NCBI RefSeq assembly: GCF_001194135.2
Contig: NC_069008.1
Location: 16,204,565 to 16,268,564, forward strand
Direction of reading: 5' to 3'
DNA from: Octopus bimaculoides
Lineage: Eukaryota
Length of the DNA stretch: 64,000 bases
Part shown: positions 39,115 to 51,245 of the stretch, in pieces
Position numbering within the stretch: position 1 is the first letter of the stretch
Layout: every line of letters begins with the position of its first letter
Program-made: the position numbers and the translations under genes
Notes under the pieces: generated by a model
The model's input: the letters and a program-made list of their open reading frames with translations, nothing else
Database searches by the model: none
Told to the model about the DNA's origin: nothing

Positions 39115-41310
39115 CTATTCTGTATGAATACGTATGTGTCTACTTAAGGAATTCTTTTCAGAGAATGATTTTCCACAGGTATCACAGTGAAATGGCTTCT
39201 CACCTGTATGAATATATTTGTGTTTAATTAAGTTACATTTTACAGAGAATGATTTACCACAGATATCACAGTGATGTGGTTTCTCTCCTGTATGAACACG
39301 TATGTGTCTACTTAAGGAATTCTTTTCAGAGAATGATTTTCCACAGGTATCACAGTGAAATGGCTTCTCACCTGTATGAATATNNNNNNNNNNNNNNNNN
39401 NNNNNNNNNNNNNNNNNNNNNNNNNNNNNNNNNNNNNNNNNNNNNNNNNNNNNNNNNNNNNNNNNNNNNNNNNNNNNNNNNNNNNNNNNNNNNNNNNNNN
39501 NNNNNNNNNNNNNNNNNNNNNNNNNNNNNNNNNNNNNNNNNNNNNNNNNNNNNNNNNNNNNNNNNNNNNNNNNNNNNNNNNNNNNNNNNNNNNNNNNNNN
39601 NNNNNNNNNNNNNNNNNNNNNNNNNNNNNNNNNNNNNNNNNNNNNNNNNNNNNNNNNNNNNNNNNNNNNNNNNNNNNNNNNNNNNNNNNNNNNNNNNNNN
39701 NNNNNNNNNNNNNNNNNNNNNNNNNNNNNNNNNNNNNNNNNNNNNNNNNNNNNNNNNNNNNNNNNNNNNNNNNNNNNNNNNNNNNNNNNNNNNNNNNNNN
39801 NNNNNNNNNNNNNNNNNNNNNNNNNNNNNNNNNNNNNNNNNNNNNNNNNNNNNNNNNNNNNNNNNNNNNNNNNNNNNNNNNNNNNNNNNNNNNNNNNNNN
39901 NNNNNNNNNNNNNNNNNNNNNNNNNNNNNNNNNNNNNNNNNNNNNNNNNNNNNNNNNNNNNNNNNNNNNNNNNNNNNNNNNNNNNNNNNNNNNNNNNNNN
40001 NNNNNNNNNNNNNNNNNNNNNNNNNNNNNNNNNNNNNNNNNNNNNNNNNNNNNNNNNNNNNNNNNNNNNNNNNNNNNNNNNNNNNNNNNNNNNNNNNNNN
40101 NNNNNNNNNNNNNNNNNNNNNNNNNNNNNNNNNNNNNNNNNNNNNNNNNNNNNNNNNNNAGAATGATTTACCACAGGTATCACATTTAAATCGCTCATCA
40201 CCTGTATGAATATAAGTGTGTGCAAGTAAGTTACAGTTTGTAGAGAATGATTTACCACAGATACAATGATATGGTTTCTCTCCTGTATGAATACGTATGT
40301 GTTTAGTTAACCTATTCTTTTCTGAGAATGATTTACCACAGGTATCACAGTGAAATGGCTTCTCACCTGTATGAACATACTTGTGTATAATTAAGCGACG
40401 TTTTGCAGAGAATGATTTACCACAGGTATCACATTGAAATGGCTTCTCACCTGTATGAACATATTTGTGTGTAAGAAAGCTACCCCTTCCGGAGAATGAT
40501 TTACCACAGGTATCACAGTGAAATGGCTTCTCACCTGTATGAATATATTTGTGTGTAAATAAGCTACCGCTTCCGGAGAATGATTTACCACAGGTTTCAC
40601 AGGAAAATGGCTTCTCACCTGTATGAATATATTTGTGTATAAGTAACTGACGTTTTGCAGAGAATGATTTACCACAGGTGTCACAGTGAAATGGCTTCTC
40701 ACCTGTATGAATATATTTGTNNNNNNNNNNGTAACTGACGTTTTGCAGAGAATGATTTACCACAGGTGTCACAGTGAAATGGCTTCTCACCTGTATGAAT
40801 ATATTTGTGTGTAATTAAGCTACCTTTTCCAGAGAACGATTTACCACAGATATCACAGTGATATGGTTTCTCTCCTGTATGAATACGTATGTGTCTACTT
40901 AAGGAATTCTTTTCAGAGAATGATTTTCCACAGGTATCACAGTGAAATGGCTTCTCACCTGTATGAATATATTTGTGTTTAATTAAGTTACATTTTAGAG
41001 AGAATGATTTACCACAGGTGTCACAGTGAAATGGCTTCTTTCCTGTATGAATACGTTTGTGTTTAGTTAAGTGATAGCTTTGCGAGAACGATTTACCACA
41101 GATATCACAGTGATATGGTTTCTCTCCTGTATGAATACGTATGTGTTTACTGAAGGTACCGTTTTGAGAGAATGATTTACCACAGGTATCACAGTGAAAT
41201 GGCTTCTCACCTGTATGAACACGAATGTGTTCAACTAAGATACTATTGTTAGAGCATGATTTACCGCAAATTTCACAACGATATTGTAATTTTCCTAATG
41301 CTTTTGACAT
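39115..41310 (-). CDS. G6: C2H2 zinc-finger protein, at least 16 visible fingers, two gaps, premature TAG in a linker
   Basis: ATG 41310 (MSKALGKLQ). Fingers continue across the 10-N gap (40721-40730) and gap 39384-40169 to ACA GAA TAG at 39115-39117. Acceptor 41637/41638. Frame across the gaps is not verifiable. Confidence 0.8.
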
Positions 41311-41824
41311 TTCTCTAATGGATAAACATATATCCAACCATTGAAATATTTAGAAATATTTCTACTGCTATTAAGTTATGGATATCCAAAATTGTGCAAA
41401 CTGCTTTGTAAATATATTCAAGTTTAATTAGAATGCAAAAGCACCATGTGATAAGAGGGAGAAATGTTGCTATGAATCTCAGCTTAGGGAAAATATTTCA
41501 CAGTAATTCAACCCTAGATTAATAGCAGTTTATATCTGTTCTTTAAAACATTTTCCTTTGGTCTTGAAAAAGATGGTAAATATTCCAGATGTATCCAAAC
41601 TTAAAAAAGTTGTTTCATGCCAAAGTCATCCGTTAATCTGAAATAATAAAGAAACAGTATTAGATATAGAGGAGAGATCAAAACGGAAATGTTTCAATAT
41701 TTCTTTATTGATTAACAAATGATATCACATAACATTGGGTGAAATCTAACGATTTGTAAACCACAACTACACCTCCAACTTGTGTTTGTGTGTCCGTATC
41801 AACGTTCAGAAGAGCAGAGAAGAA

Positions 41825-42420
41825 TATACGGATCTATTTTAAAACGGGGTCCACATTTTTCATTAATGTTTTACGTAGTCTTTTTGGTACGGAAAGACTT
41901 TCAAACTTCGTATACTTATCTATTTTGTGTTATAGAACAGAAAAATATTTTTGTATTCAAATTTATTTCATGTAAAAAATTGTCTTATTTCGATAATTTC
42001 AACCAATCACTGACAAGTATTCAGTTGTTTACATTTACTCCTTTGGCTGATTAAGCGATGTAAAGCGTATTTAATCTCCATACCTTCGTTTTATTTGCTT
42101 TTTTCATTTTAAATTTGCTTTAACCCTAACCCTATGGTTAGGGTTAGGGTTAATTGTTTCAGAATCGTTTGTTTATGTAGTCGGCACTTAATGTATATCG
42201 GCTGAATGGACGTCAGTGATTGGTTGAAATTACAGAAATACGACAACTTTAACATGGAATAACTTATGGATTTCTTTTTTTTTTTTAAGAAGACTAAGAG
42301 AAAAAGATGTTTTATATGACACATTCTACCAGTGTTCCAAGTTTCAAAGTGTTTCGTTAATGAAAACTGGTGCCCCCGTTTTAAAAAAGATCCGAATATA
42401 CTTTTCTCATAAAAAATATT
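41825..42420. repeat. Two inverted TTAGGG-family repeats converging on a CCCTAA/TTAGGG palindrome in the G6 intron
   Basis: 41830-42020 (+) and 42120-42420 (-) share ttcaaccaatcactgac; taaccctaaccctatggttagggttagggtta at 42121-42152. Confidence 0.55.
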
Positions 42421-43102
42421 ACCATTCTTCTTTACCACCGGATCAGAAATGACCGAACATACTTAAGTTCAAAGACATTCCATCCATGACTCTTCCGTTC
42501 TTCCATCTGACATTATATATTCAGGATTACATCAGCAAGTACAGTCTTCAATTCTCAGGACCAGAAAATTTAAATTGAATAGAATTTAGTTGTTGTTACT
42601 AGCATAAGGTAGTGTCCATATTTTGATCAAACAAAAAGAAATACTGATGAACAAGTAACATTCAATTGAATGTTTTCTTTTGTATGTTTCAGGAATTTCG
42701 CTGCACTCACGCTAGAGCACCCCATTAAGGGGTTTCAGTCGAAGAAATCAACCACAGGAATAATTCTGTATAAGCACACACACACGCACCGGCAACAGCT
42801 GTAACGTGATTCCGGGGGAGGGCGGGGACAGACCCAGACACATTAACAGAAATACATATACGACAGGCTTCTTTCAGTTTCCATGTAACAAATCCACTCA
42901 CAAGCCCTTGGTCGGCCGAAGGCTGTAGTAAAAGACACTTGCCTACGGGACCACGCGGTGGAATTGAATCTCGACGTATGTGGATGGGCTGCAAGCCATG
43001 TTGGAATCTATTGCGAGATAGGATATACATATATAAAAGCAGAAGAAATCTGGAAAATCCCTATCGTAATGGAGAAAATCCACCTTTTGCGGGCCATTTA
43101 TC

Positions 43103-43281
43103 GGTACTACTAAAGCAGTGTGGTCCCGAACGCGCAGTCGCGCGTCCGGGCTAGCTAGTCGTGAGTGGTAGATCCTATCCCTAACCCTAAACACGTATTC
43201 GTTTGCACACGCGCACCTTTTGTAGGATCGACCACTCTCGACTAGCTAGCGCGGACGGGACCACGCTGCTTTAGTAGTACC
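43103..43281. mobile_element. MITE with GGTACTACTAAAGCAG terminal inverted repeats
   Basis: TIRs at both ends; related copies at 44759-44952 and 58631-58721. Confidence 0.8.
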
Positions 43282-43887
43282 CTGGAATTAATGTCTCCCT
43301 GATATATTCACGCACCATATGGTTAAAGAGAAGAATTCTCACAGGTGCCGAACATGAAACGTGGACTTATAGAGACATGAACGACGTTAAAACGTGGTTG
43401 CAGTAATATGTACAAAAACAAAGCGAGTATTCGTCAAGGCAGTTGGTTCGAAAACAGGCATCTTACTTTCTTCAACATCATCCTTCTATCATATTGCTAG
43501 GCCGACGACTTCTCTCTAAAAGACATTTCCGAAAGTAAAATAGGAAATTATCCCGTGTTGTCCTGGGTGTGTCATTCCATCTGTCCTTTGGTGAAACTTA
43601 GTCTACTTAGGAACATTCTGCTCAACATGGCTCACTGTAGCGTAGTGTTGTGTGCTCTGGAGTAAAGCAATCTGAATTAGATATGACCAGAGAAGCTAAA
43701 TAGATGGGATGACAGCCCGGAAGACCACAGTCCCTCGGGACCCACAAAGTGTAAAGCGGGAACCTAGTCAGAGACAGGAAATGGGAACGAACACTCAATA
43801 CACGGTATAAGTATTCCCGGATTTCTGGAATCCAGATAAGAAGTCCGGCATGTACGATCAATCGATGGATATGTGTGTATGTCTTAC

Positions 43888-44110
43888 CTGTGATTTAGTG
43901 TGAAAATATATTTACTCACCAAATGTCCGTGAAAACAGCAGAAGCACGTTATTGTTATTCGCCCGTGTCAAACAGATTCTAGCGGAAACGGAAGTAAGTT
44001 ATGTCATGTGAGAATGTGAAGCCATCGGTCTCTAGTAAATAAAACCAAAATGTTAAGATAAGGCGGTAAAAGAAATAATATTTCGATGCAAATCACCATG
44101 GTTACTGTGG
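43888..44110 (-). promoter_or_regulatory. Promoter module and non-coding exon 1 of G6
   Basis: Donor with exon end at 43888; cggaaacggaagt 43983-43995; octamer ATGCAAAT 44086-44093. Confidence 0.75.
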
Positions 44111-44187
44111 ATAATATCTAACTATGATAAATGAATCTTCATTATTGTCAGCAACAGCCTTGTTCTAAAAGACATATTTTATACTTG

Positions 44188-44544
44188 TGGAGGCGCAATG
44201 GACCAGTGGTTAGGGCAGCGGACTCGCGGTTTCGATTCCCAGACCGGGCGTTGTGAGTGTTTATTGAGCGAAATCACCTAAAGCTCTACGAGGCTCCGGA
44301 AGTGGATGGTGGCGAACCCTGCTGTATTCTGTCACCACAACTTTCTCTCACTCTTACTTCCTGTTTCTGTAATTCAAAGGGTCAGCCTTGTCACACTGTG
44401 TCACGCTGAATATCCCCGAGAACTACGTTAAGGGTACACGTGTCTGTGGAGTGCTCAGCCACTTGCACGTTAATTTCACGAGCAGGCTGTTCCAGTTGAT
44501 CGGATCAACTGGAACCCTCGACTCGTAAGCGACGGAGTGCCAAC
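44188..44544 (+). mobile_element. tRNA(Arg)-like SINE, family A, near full length
   Basis: tggaggcgcaatggaccagtgg...gacggagtgccaac; the paralogous site at about 51325-51340 is empty. Confidence 0.88.
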
Positions 44545-44758
44545 NNNNNNNNNNNNNNNNNNNNNNNNNNTGTGGTTACCATTGCTTAAGCCGGCGAGCT
44601 GTCAGAATCGTATGCTTAGTGGTATTTCGCCAGACTCTACAGCCTGACTTGCGATTCCTCGTCGGCCGACTTCACCTTTTATCCCTTCAGGGTCGATGAA
44701 ATAAGTAATAACGGAACTCTGATATCGATGTAATCGACTCGTCCTCTCCTCACCAATC

Positions 44759-44952
44759 CGGTACTACTAAAGCAGCGCGGAACCGAACGCGCAATCGCGC
44801 TAGCTAGTCGTGAGTGGTCGATCCTAACCCTAACCCTAAACACGTATTCATTTGCACACGCGGGTTAGGGTTAGGGATAGGATCGACCACTCAAGACTAG
44901 CTAGCGCGGACGCGCGACTGCGCGTTCGGGTCCGCGCTGCTTTAGTAGTACC
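44759..44952. mobile_element. MITE (GGTACTAC TIR) with inverted telomere-like repeats and an 8-9 bp TSD
   Basis: caccaatc at 44751-44758 and 44953-44960; element is almost fully palindromic. Confidence 0.85.
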
Positions 44953-45884
44953 CACCAATCGTTGCCCTTGTTGCAAGATTTAAAACCATTATGATTAACA
45001 TTACTAACCTTATATTCACTGTCACCAATCTGTTAATCCCACACTGAAATGTATTTAGGGTTAGGGTTACGCAGTCTAGTTAGGGTTAGGGGATTAATAC
45101 GATATACACCGTTACAGCGCTAACTGTTTTCAACTGAATAGACGTCAGTGATTAGTAGAAATTATCGAAATAAGACAATTTTTTACATGAAATAAATTCG
45201 AATACAAAAATATTTTTCTGTTCTATAACACAAAATAGATAAGTATACGAAGTTTGAAAGTCTTTCGGTACCAAAAACACTACATAAAACATAAATGAAA
45301 ACTGGTGCCCCCGTTTTGAAATAGATCCATGTGTACATTTTCATAAATGTTTCCACGGGGTCCGCGCAAAATTGAAGTTGTGCAAACAGCAAGCACGTAG
45401 AAATATGTCGATAGAAGTGTCGAAAAGTGGTCACTCGTCCTGTTTGTATAAATCGAATGTAATCTTCCGAATTGAAGGTGTTTCTGAATGTTGGAATCTC
45501 TTAACTTACGTCACTGATGTCGTTGAAACGAAGGGAAAAAATCAGATTCTTAACGCCACTGCCAATTGTGCGTGTATTTAATTAGCAGAGCTAAGCTAAT
45601 TAATTATGGGATCAGTCTGGTTAATAAACAAACATACGATCGAAATCCTTCTTTCAATATTACGTGATAGCAGGGGTATTTGGCTGCTATTTTAGCAGTT
45701 CCATTGACCATGCCAAGACTCCCTTCTTCATACGAAATTATTTAGCTGTGATTCTCTCCCCTACTCCGTTTTTTACGCTTATGGACTGCGTTCGATTTCT
45801 GTTTTACTCGTAGGAACAACAACAGCCATTCTTTGATTAAAATATTATGTATTTATAATTCAATATTCTTTTCCATTCTAGGCA

Positions 45885-46075
45885 CAAAACCTGAAATTCT
45901 TGTGGAGGTGGCCAGTCGATTAGATCGACTTCAGCATGCAACTGGTACTTAATTTATCGACCCCGAAGGGATGAAAGCACAGTTGACCTCGGCGGATTTT
46001 CAAGTCAGAACGTAAAGACGAAATACCAAGCATTTCGCCCGGTGTTCTCGCGCTCCTACAACCTCGCCGCCTTTT
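45885..46075 (-). mobile_element. tRNA-derived SINE, family C
   Basis: Matches 11750-11960. Confidence 0.7.
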
Positions 46076-46684
46076 TTATAACCAAATTTTATTAGGGATT
46101 GTATATAAAAAAGAAAATTGCTAAAATAGTTTACAACTTGATCCGGAAATGAAAATCAGAAAAAAATAGTGCAATGTGTGGGAAAGGAAAAAAAAAAAAT
46201 GCGAGCAAACAAAGGAAAGGACCTCGGAAAATTCACAACATCCTAGTTTTTCCCTCGTAACTTTTTTGGAAAATAGGTTTTTTTTCAATGATATTTCATA
46301 GAAATACCTTTGAAACGGCATACAATATGATTATAAAGAAATTTGCTGGGAAAATATTTATATCTATACTGTTCAGTATCTTTGCGTTGAATAAGATTTA
46401 TCTTTCTACTTGTTCTATAATATATATAATATTGCCTTATGACCCCAACCAGTCTAGTCTGCATTCATACTGTACAGTGATTACACTGTTTTCCCCTCAG
46501 TTCTAACACTTTCTTCCCAATCAGTCATAATAAGTATATTTATAATGAATTATAAATATATAGGTATACTCCGTACCCCCTACCAACTATATGATTCTAC
46601 ACTAACTCAGGGTCCATCAGGAATAAAAAAACATTTTAATATGTTGGTTGTTATGAAATGCAATTCATTTTGACAATGATATAG

Positions 46685-47180
46685 TAACACTTTTGTATAG
46701 ATAGATATATATTTAATTGAGAGAATGATTTACTACAGAAATCGCAATGATATGGCTTGTCCCTTGTATGAATACATTTCTGATTAATGACAATGTTATT
46801 ATAACAGATATCACAGTGAAATGGATTCTCTCCCGGATTAATATTTGCATTTAGATTCGTGCGGGTGACACGTAAAAGCACCCACTACACTCTCTGAGTG
46901 GTTGGCGTTAGGAAGGGCATCCAGCTGTAGAAACTCTGCCAAATTAGACTGGAGCCTGGTGTTGCCATCCGGTTTCACCAGTCCTCAGTCAAATCGTCCA
47001 ACCCATGCTAGCATGGAAAGCGGACGTTAAACGATGATGATGATTATGTTTCTGAGTGAAAGACTTTTTCCAGATATGCTAATTGTGCTTTCTCTTCCAA
47101 CATGTCTTCTGTTGGCCATTATTTTACTTCAATCACCACAACATCTCTGGATACATTTCTGGTTTTTGTTCTACAGATTA
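46685..47180 (-). pseudogene. ZNF relic B, interrupted by a family D element (46857-47047)
   Basis: [39 protein letters not shown] with indels; the sequence on both sides of the insertion aligns to relic A. Confidence 0.75.
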
Positions 47181-47583
47181 TTAAGGACATTTGCAGTTAT
47201 GGTTCATGGCATTTGCATTCTTCTTCATTCAACCAAGTCTTTTATTACTTTTCATCACGAAAATCTTCAACTTGGTCATTTCCTTCATTTCTTTTCGTAA
47301 CTTGTTAATAACCATTTTACCAGACATGCAAACAATTCTGCCACCTTGCTGTCTTATTATTTACTCACAATATTAAATATAGCAACAGTATCTTTCCTAT
47401 ATCCTTGGAGTATGTTATATGGAATAGATATAGAAGTATGTTTATACCTGAAACAGGTATGGTTGCGGACAAGGGTTCAATGATTATTGTTAAGGGCACA
47501 AAAGTTAAGCTATGATTTAGCAGGGAAAATGGTTTTAAAATATTGGTTCTTGGGTGTTCTAATAAATTTTGACAATAATATAA

Positions 47584-48936
47584 TCACACTTTTACATGGA
47601 TAGATGCATGTGTAGTAATGTTACGTTTCTGAGAGAATGATCTACTTGATCTCAGCTTTTCTCTTGTATGAATATGTTTGTGTCTAGTTAAGGTGCCTTT
47701 TATAGAGAATGTTTTTCCACAGGTATCACAATGAAATGGCTTCTCACCTGTATGAATATATTTGTGTGTAATTAAGCTATTTTTTGCAGAGAATGATTTA
47801 CCACAAATATCACAGTGATATGGCTTCTCTCCTGTATGAATACGTTTGTGACTACTTAAGTGATTCCTTTGAGAGAATGATTTACCACAGGTATTACAGT
47901 GAAATGGCTTCTCACCTGTATGAACATATTTGTGTTTAATTAAGTTACATTTTACAGAGAATGATTTACCGCAGGTATCACAGCGAAATTGTTTCTCACC
48001 TGTATGAATATATTTGTGTCTAATTAAGCTACCTTTTGCAGAGAATGATTTACCACAGATATCACAGTGATGTGGTTTCTCTCTTGTATGAACACGTATG
48101 TGTTTATTTAAGGAATTCTGTTCAGAGAATGATTTACCACAGGTATCACAGTGAAATGGCTTCTCACCTGTATGAATACGTATGTGTCTGTTAAAATTAT
48201 TCTTTCTAGAGAATGATTTACCACAGGTATCACATTTAAATGGCTCATCACCTGTATGAATATAAGTGTGTGCAAGTAAGTTACAGTTTGTAGAGAATGA
48301 TTTACCACAGATACAATGATATGGTTTCTCTCCTGTATGAATACGTATGTGTTTAGTTAACTTATTCTTTTCTGAGAATGATTTACCACAGGTATCACAG
48401 TGAAATGGCTTCTCACCTGTATGAACATATTTGTGTATAATTAAGCGACGTTTTGAAGAGAATGATTTACCACAGGTATCACATTGAAATGGCTTCTCAC
48501 CTGTATGAGTATATTTGTGTGTAAGTAAGCTACCCCTTCCGGAGAATGATTTACCACAGGTATCACAGTGAAATGGCTTCTCACCTGTATGAATATATTT
48601 GTGTGTAATTAAGCTATTCTTTTCAGAGAATGATTTACCACAGAAATCACAGTGATATGGTTTCTCTCCTGTATGAATATGTTTGTGTTTACTTAATTTA
48701 TTCTTTTCACAGAATGATTTACCACAAATATCACAATGATATGGTTTCTCTCCTGTATGAATACTTAAGTGCTGACTTAAGCCATTCTTTTGAGAGAATG
48801 ATTTACCACAGGTATCACAGCGAAATGGCTTCTCACCTGTATGAACACGAATGTGTTTAACCAAGTTACTACTTGTAGAGCTTGATTTACCACAAATTTT
48901 ACAACAATATCGTAATTTTCCTAATGCTTTTGACAT
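47584..48936 (-). CDS. G7: C2H2 zinc-finger protein, 450 aa, 15 fingers (one CxC) plus a Cys-less terminal finger
   Basis: Intact [12 protein letters not shown]...HASIHVKV; acceptor 49262/49263; exon 1 at 51054-51157. Confidence 0.93.
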   Translation of the reverse strand: MSKALGKLRYCCKICGKSSSTSSNLVKHIRVHTGEKPFRCDTCGKSFSQKNGLSQHLSIHTGEKPYHCDICGKSFCEKNKLSKHKHIHTGEKPYHCDFCGKSFSEKNSLITHKYIHTGEKPFHCDTCGKSFSGRGSLLTHKYTHTGEKPFQCDTCGKSFSSKRRLIIHKYVHTGEKPFHCDTCGKSFSEKNKLTKHIRIHTGEKPYHCICGKSFSTNCNLLAHTYIHTGDEPFKCDTCGKSFSRKNNFNRHIRIHTGEKPFHCDTCGKSFSEQNSLNKHIRVHTREKPHHCDICGKSFSAKGSLIRHKYIHTGEKQFRCDTCGKSFSVKCNLIKHKYVHTGEKPFHCNTCGKSFSQRNHLSSHKRIHTGEKPYHCDICGKSFSAKNSLITHKYIHTGEKPFHCDTCGKTFSIKGTLTRHKHIHTREKLRSSRSFSQKRNITTHASIHVKV

Positions 48937-49379
48937 TTCTCTAAGGGATACAAATAAATCCAACCATTGAAGTTTCGAAATATTTCTGCTGCTATCAAGT
49001 TATGGATATCTAAATTTGTGGAAATTGCTTTGCTAATATATTCAAGTTTAATTAGAATGCAAAAGCACCAGGTGTTATGAGGGAGAAATGTTGCTATGAA
49101 TCTCAGCTTAGGGAAAATATTTCACAGTAATTCAACCCTAGATTTATAGCACTTTATATCTGTTCTCTAAAACATTTTCCTTTCATCTTCAAAAAACATG
49201 GTAAATATTCCAGATGTATCCAATGTACAAAATGTCGTTTTATACCAATGTCATCTGTTAATCTGAAATAATAAAGAAACAGCATTTAAATACAAAGGGG
49301 AGATCGATATGGAAATGTTATAACATATATTGATTAACAAATGATATCATGTAACATTGGTTGAAATCTGAAGGAGTAG

Positions 49380-49647
49380 AGACGGACTATATGTAATCTG
49401 AACCTTTACCCCCCCCCCTTATTTATTAATTTTTTAAATGGAATCCCACATTTTAGGCTATGGAGATTCCGATTCTGAAAAAAAAATTGTTTGAAAAATT
49501 TCAATCCCCTCCCCGCCAAGCAGGCTATTTACATGCTAGAAATAACAGCCAAATCTCACAAAACTAGTGTTAGGGTTAGGGTTAGAGTTAGGGTCAGGGT
49601 TAGGGTTAGGGTTTGAGTTAGGGTTAGGTTTACCCTGTGGATCTATA
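49380..49647. repeat. TTAGGG-bearing repeat with an interstitial telomere-like tract (49569-49630)
   Basis: About 10 degenerate TTAGGG units running into a gap; reverse complement of 32580-32770. Confidence 0.6.
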
Positions 49648-51053
49648 NNNNNNNNNNNNNNNNNNNNNNNNNNNNNNNNNNNNNNNNNNNNNNNNNNNNN
49701 NNNNNNNNNNNNNNNNNNNNNNNNNNNNNNNNNNNNNNNNNNNNNNNNNNNNNNNNNNNNNNNNNNNNNNNNNNNNNNNNNNNNNNNNNNNNNNNNNNNN
49801 NNNNNNNNNNNNNNNNNNNNNNNNNNNNNNNNNNNNNNNNNNNNNNNNNNNNNNNNNNNNNNNNNNNNNNNNNNNNNNNNNNNNNNNNNNNNNNNNNNNN
49901 NNNNNNNNNNNNNNNNNNNNNNNNNNNNNNNNNNNNNNNNNNNNNNNNNNNNNNNNNNNNNNNNNNNNNNNNNNNNNNNNNNNNNNNNNNNNNNNNNNNN
50001 NNNNNNNNNNNNNNNNNNNNNNNNNNNNNNNNNNNNNNNNNNNNNNNNNNNNNNNNNNNNNNNNNNNNNNNNNNNNNNNNNNNNNNNNNNNNNNNNNNNN
50101 NNNNNNNNNNNNNNNNNNNNNNNNNNNNNNNNNNNNNNNNNNNNNNNNNNNNNNNNNNNNNNNNNNNNNNNNNNNNNNNNNNNNNNNNNNNNNNNNNNNN
50201 NNNNNNNNNNNNNNNNNNNNNNNNNNNNNNNNNNNNNNNNNNNNNNNNNNNNNNNNNNNNNNNNNNNNNNNNNNNNNNNNNNNNNNNNNNNNNNNNNNNN
50301 NNNNNNNNNNNNNNNNNNNNNNNNNNNNNNNNNNNNNNNNNNNNNNNNNNNNNNNNNNNNNNNNNNNNNNNNNNNNNNNNNNNNNNNNNNNNNNNNNNNN
50401 NNNNNNNNNNNNNNNNNNNNNNNNNNNNNNNNNNNNNNNNNNNNNNNNNNNNNNNNNNNNNNNNNNNNNNNNNNNNNNNNNNNNNNNNNNNNNNNNNNNN
50501 NNNNNNNNNNNNNNNNNNNNNNNNNNNNNNNNNNNNNNNNNNNNNNNNNNNNNNNNNNNNNNNNNNNNNNNNNNNNNNNNNNNNNNNNNNNNNNNNNNNN
50601 NNNACATTAGGTTAGCACAATTTTGTGTGATTTGGCTGTTATTTCTAGCATGTGGCTAACCTGCTTGAAAGCCTGAGGTATAAATACTGTTTTTTAAATA
50701 TTTTTTTTTTTTGAAAAATTGAAATTTTACAAATTTCTCTCAAAATCGTAATCTTCGTATTTTTCTACGTATTTCACACACACACACACAAAAGAGAAAT
50801 TTCTAGAAAAAGTGAAAAATAAATGGTATTCTTTTGATATGAATTAGATATGACCAGAGAAGCTAAAGACAGCACGGAAGGTCACAGTCCTTCGGGACCC
50901 ACAAAGTGTAAAGATGAAAACCTGGACATCTTGAGAGACAGGAAGGGCGGAACCGAATACTCAATACACGGTATAAGTATTCCCGGATTTCTGGAAACCA
51001 GATAAGAGATCCGGCATGTACGATCAATCGATAGATAGGTGTGTATATCTTAC

Positions 51054-51245
51054 CTGTTATGCTATACAAATCGATATTTAGTGTGAAGATATATTCAATC
51101 ACACCAAAACCTCCGTGGAAACATACAAGTCAAAGAGATTGTAAGGGTAACGGAAGTACAGCTCTCTAGTAAATAAAACAAAAAATGTTAAGATAAAGTG
51201 AGGAAAGAAATAATATCTTGATGCAAATCACCATGGTTACTGTGG
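51054..51245 (-). promoter_or_regulatory. Promoter module and non-coding exon 1 of G7
   Basis: Donor with exon end at 51054; single cggaagt 51151-51157; ATGCAAAT 51221-51228. Confidence 0.7.

Noticed and set aside
40644-40807. Apparent duplicated finger (SAKRQL) on both sides of the 10-N gap
   Set aside because: An identical 77-nt sequence flanks a placeholder gap, most likely unmerged contig overlap; it was not counted as a real extra finger.
49569-49630. TTAGGG tract as a true telomere or chromosome fusion site
   Set aside because: Short, degenerate and embedded in a dispersed repeat family present several times in the window.
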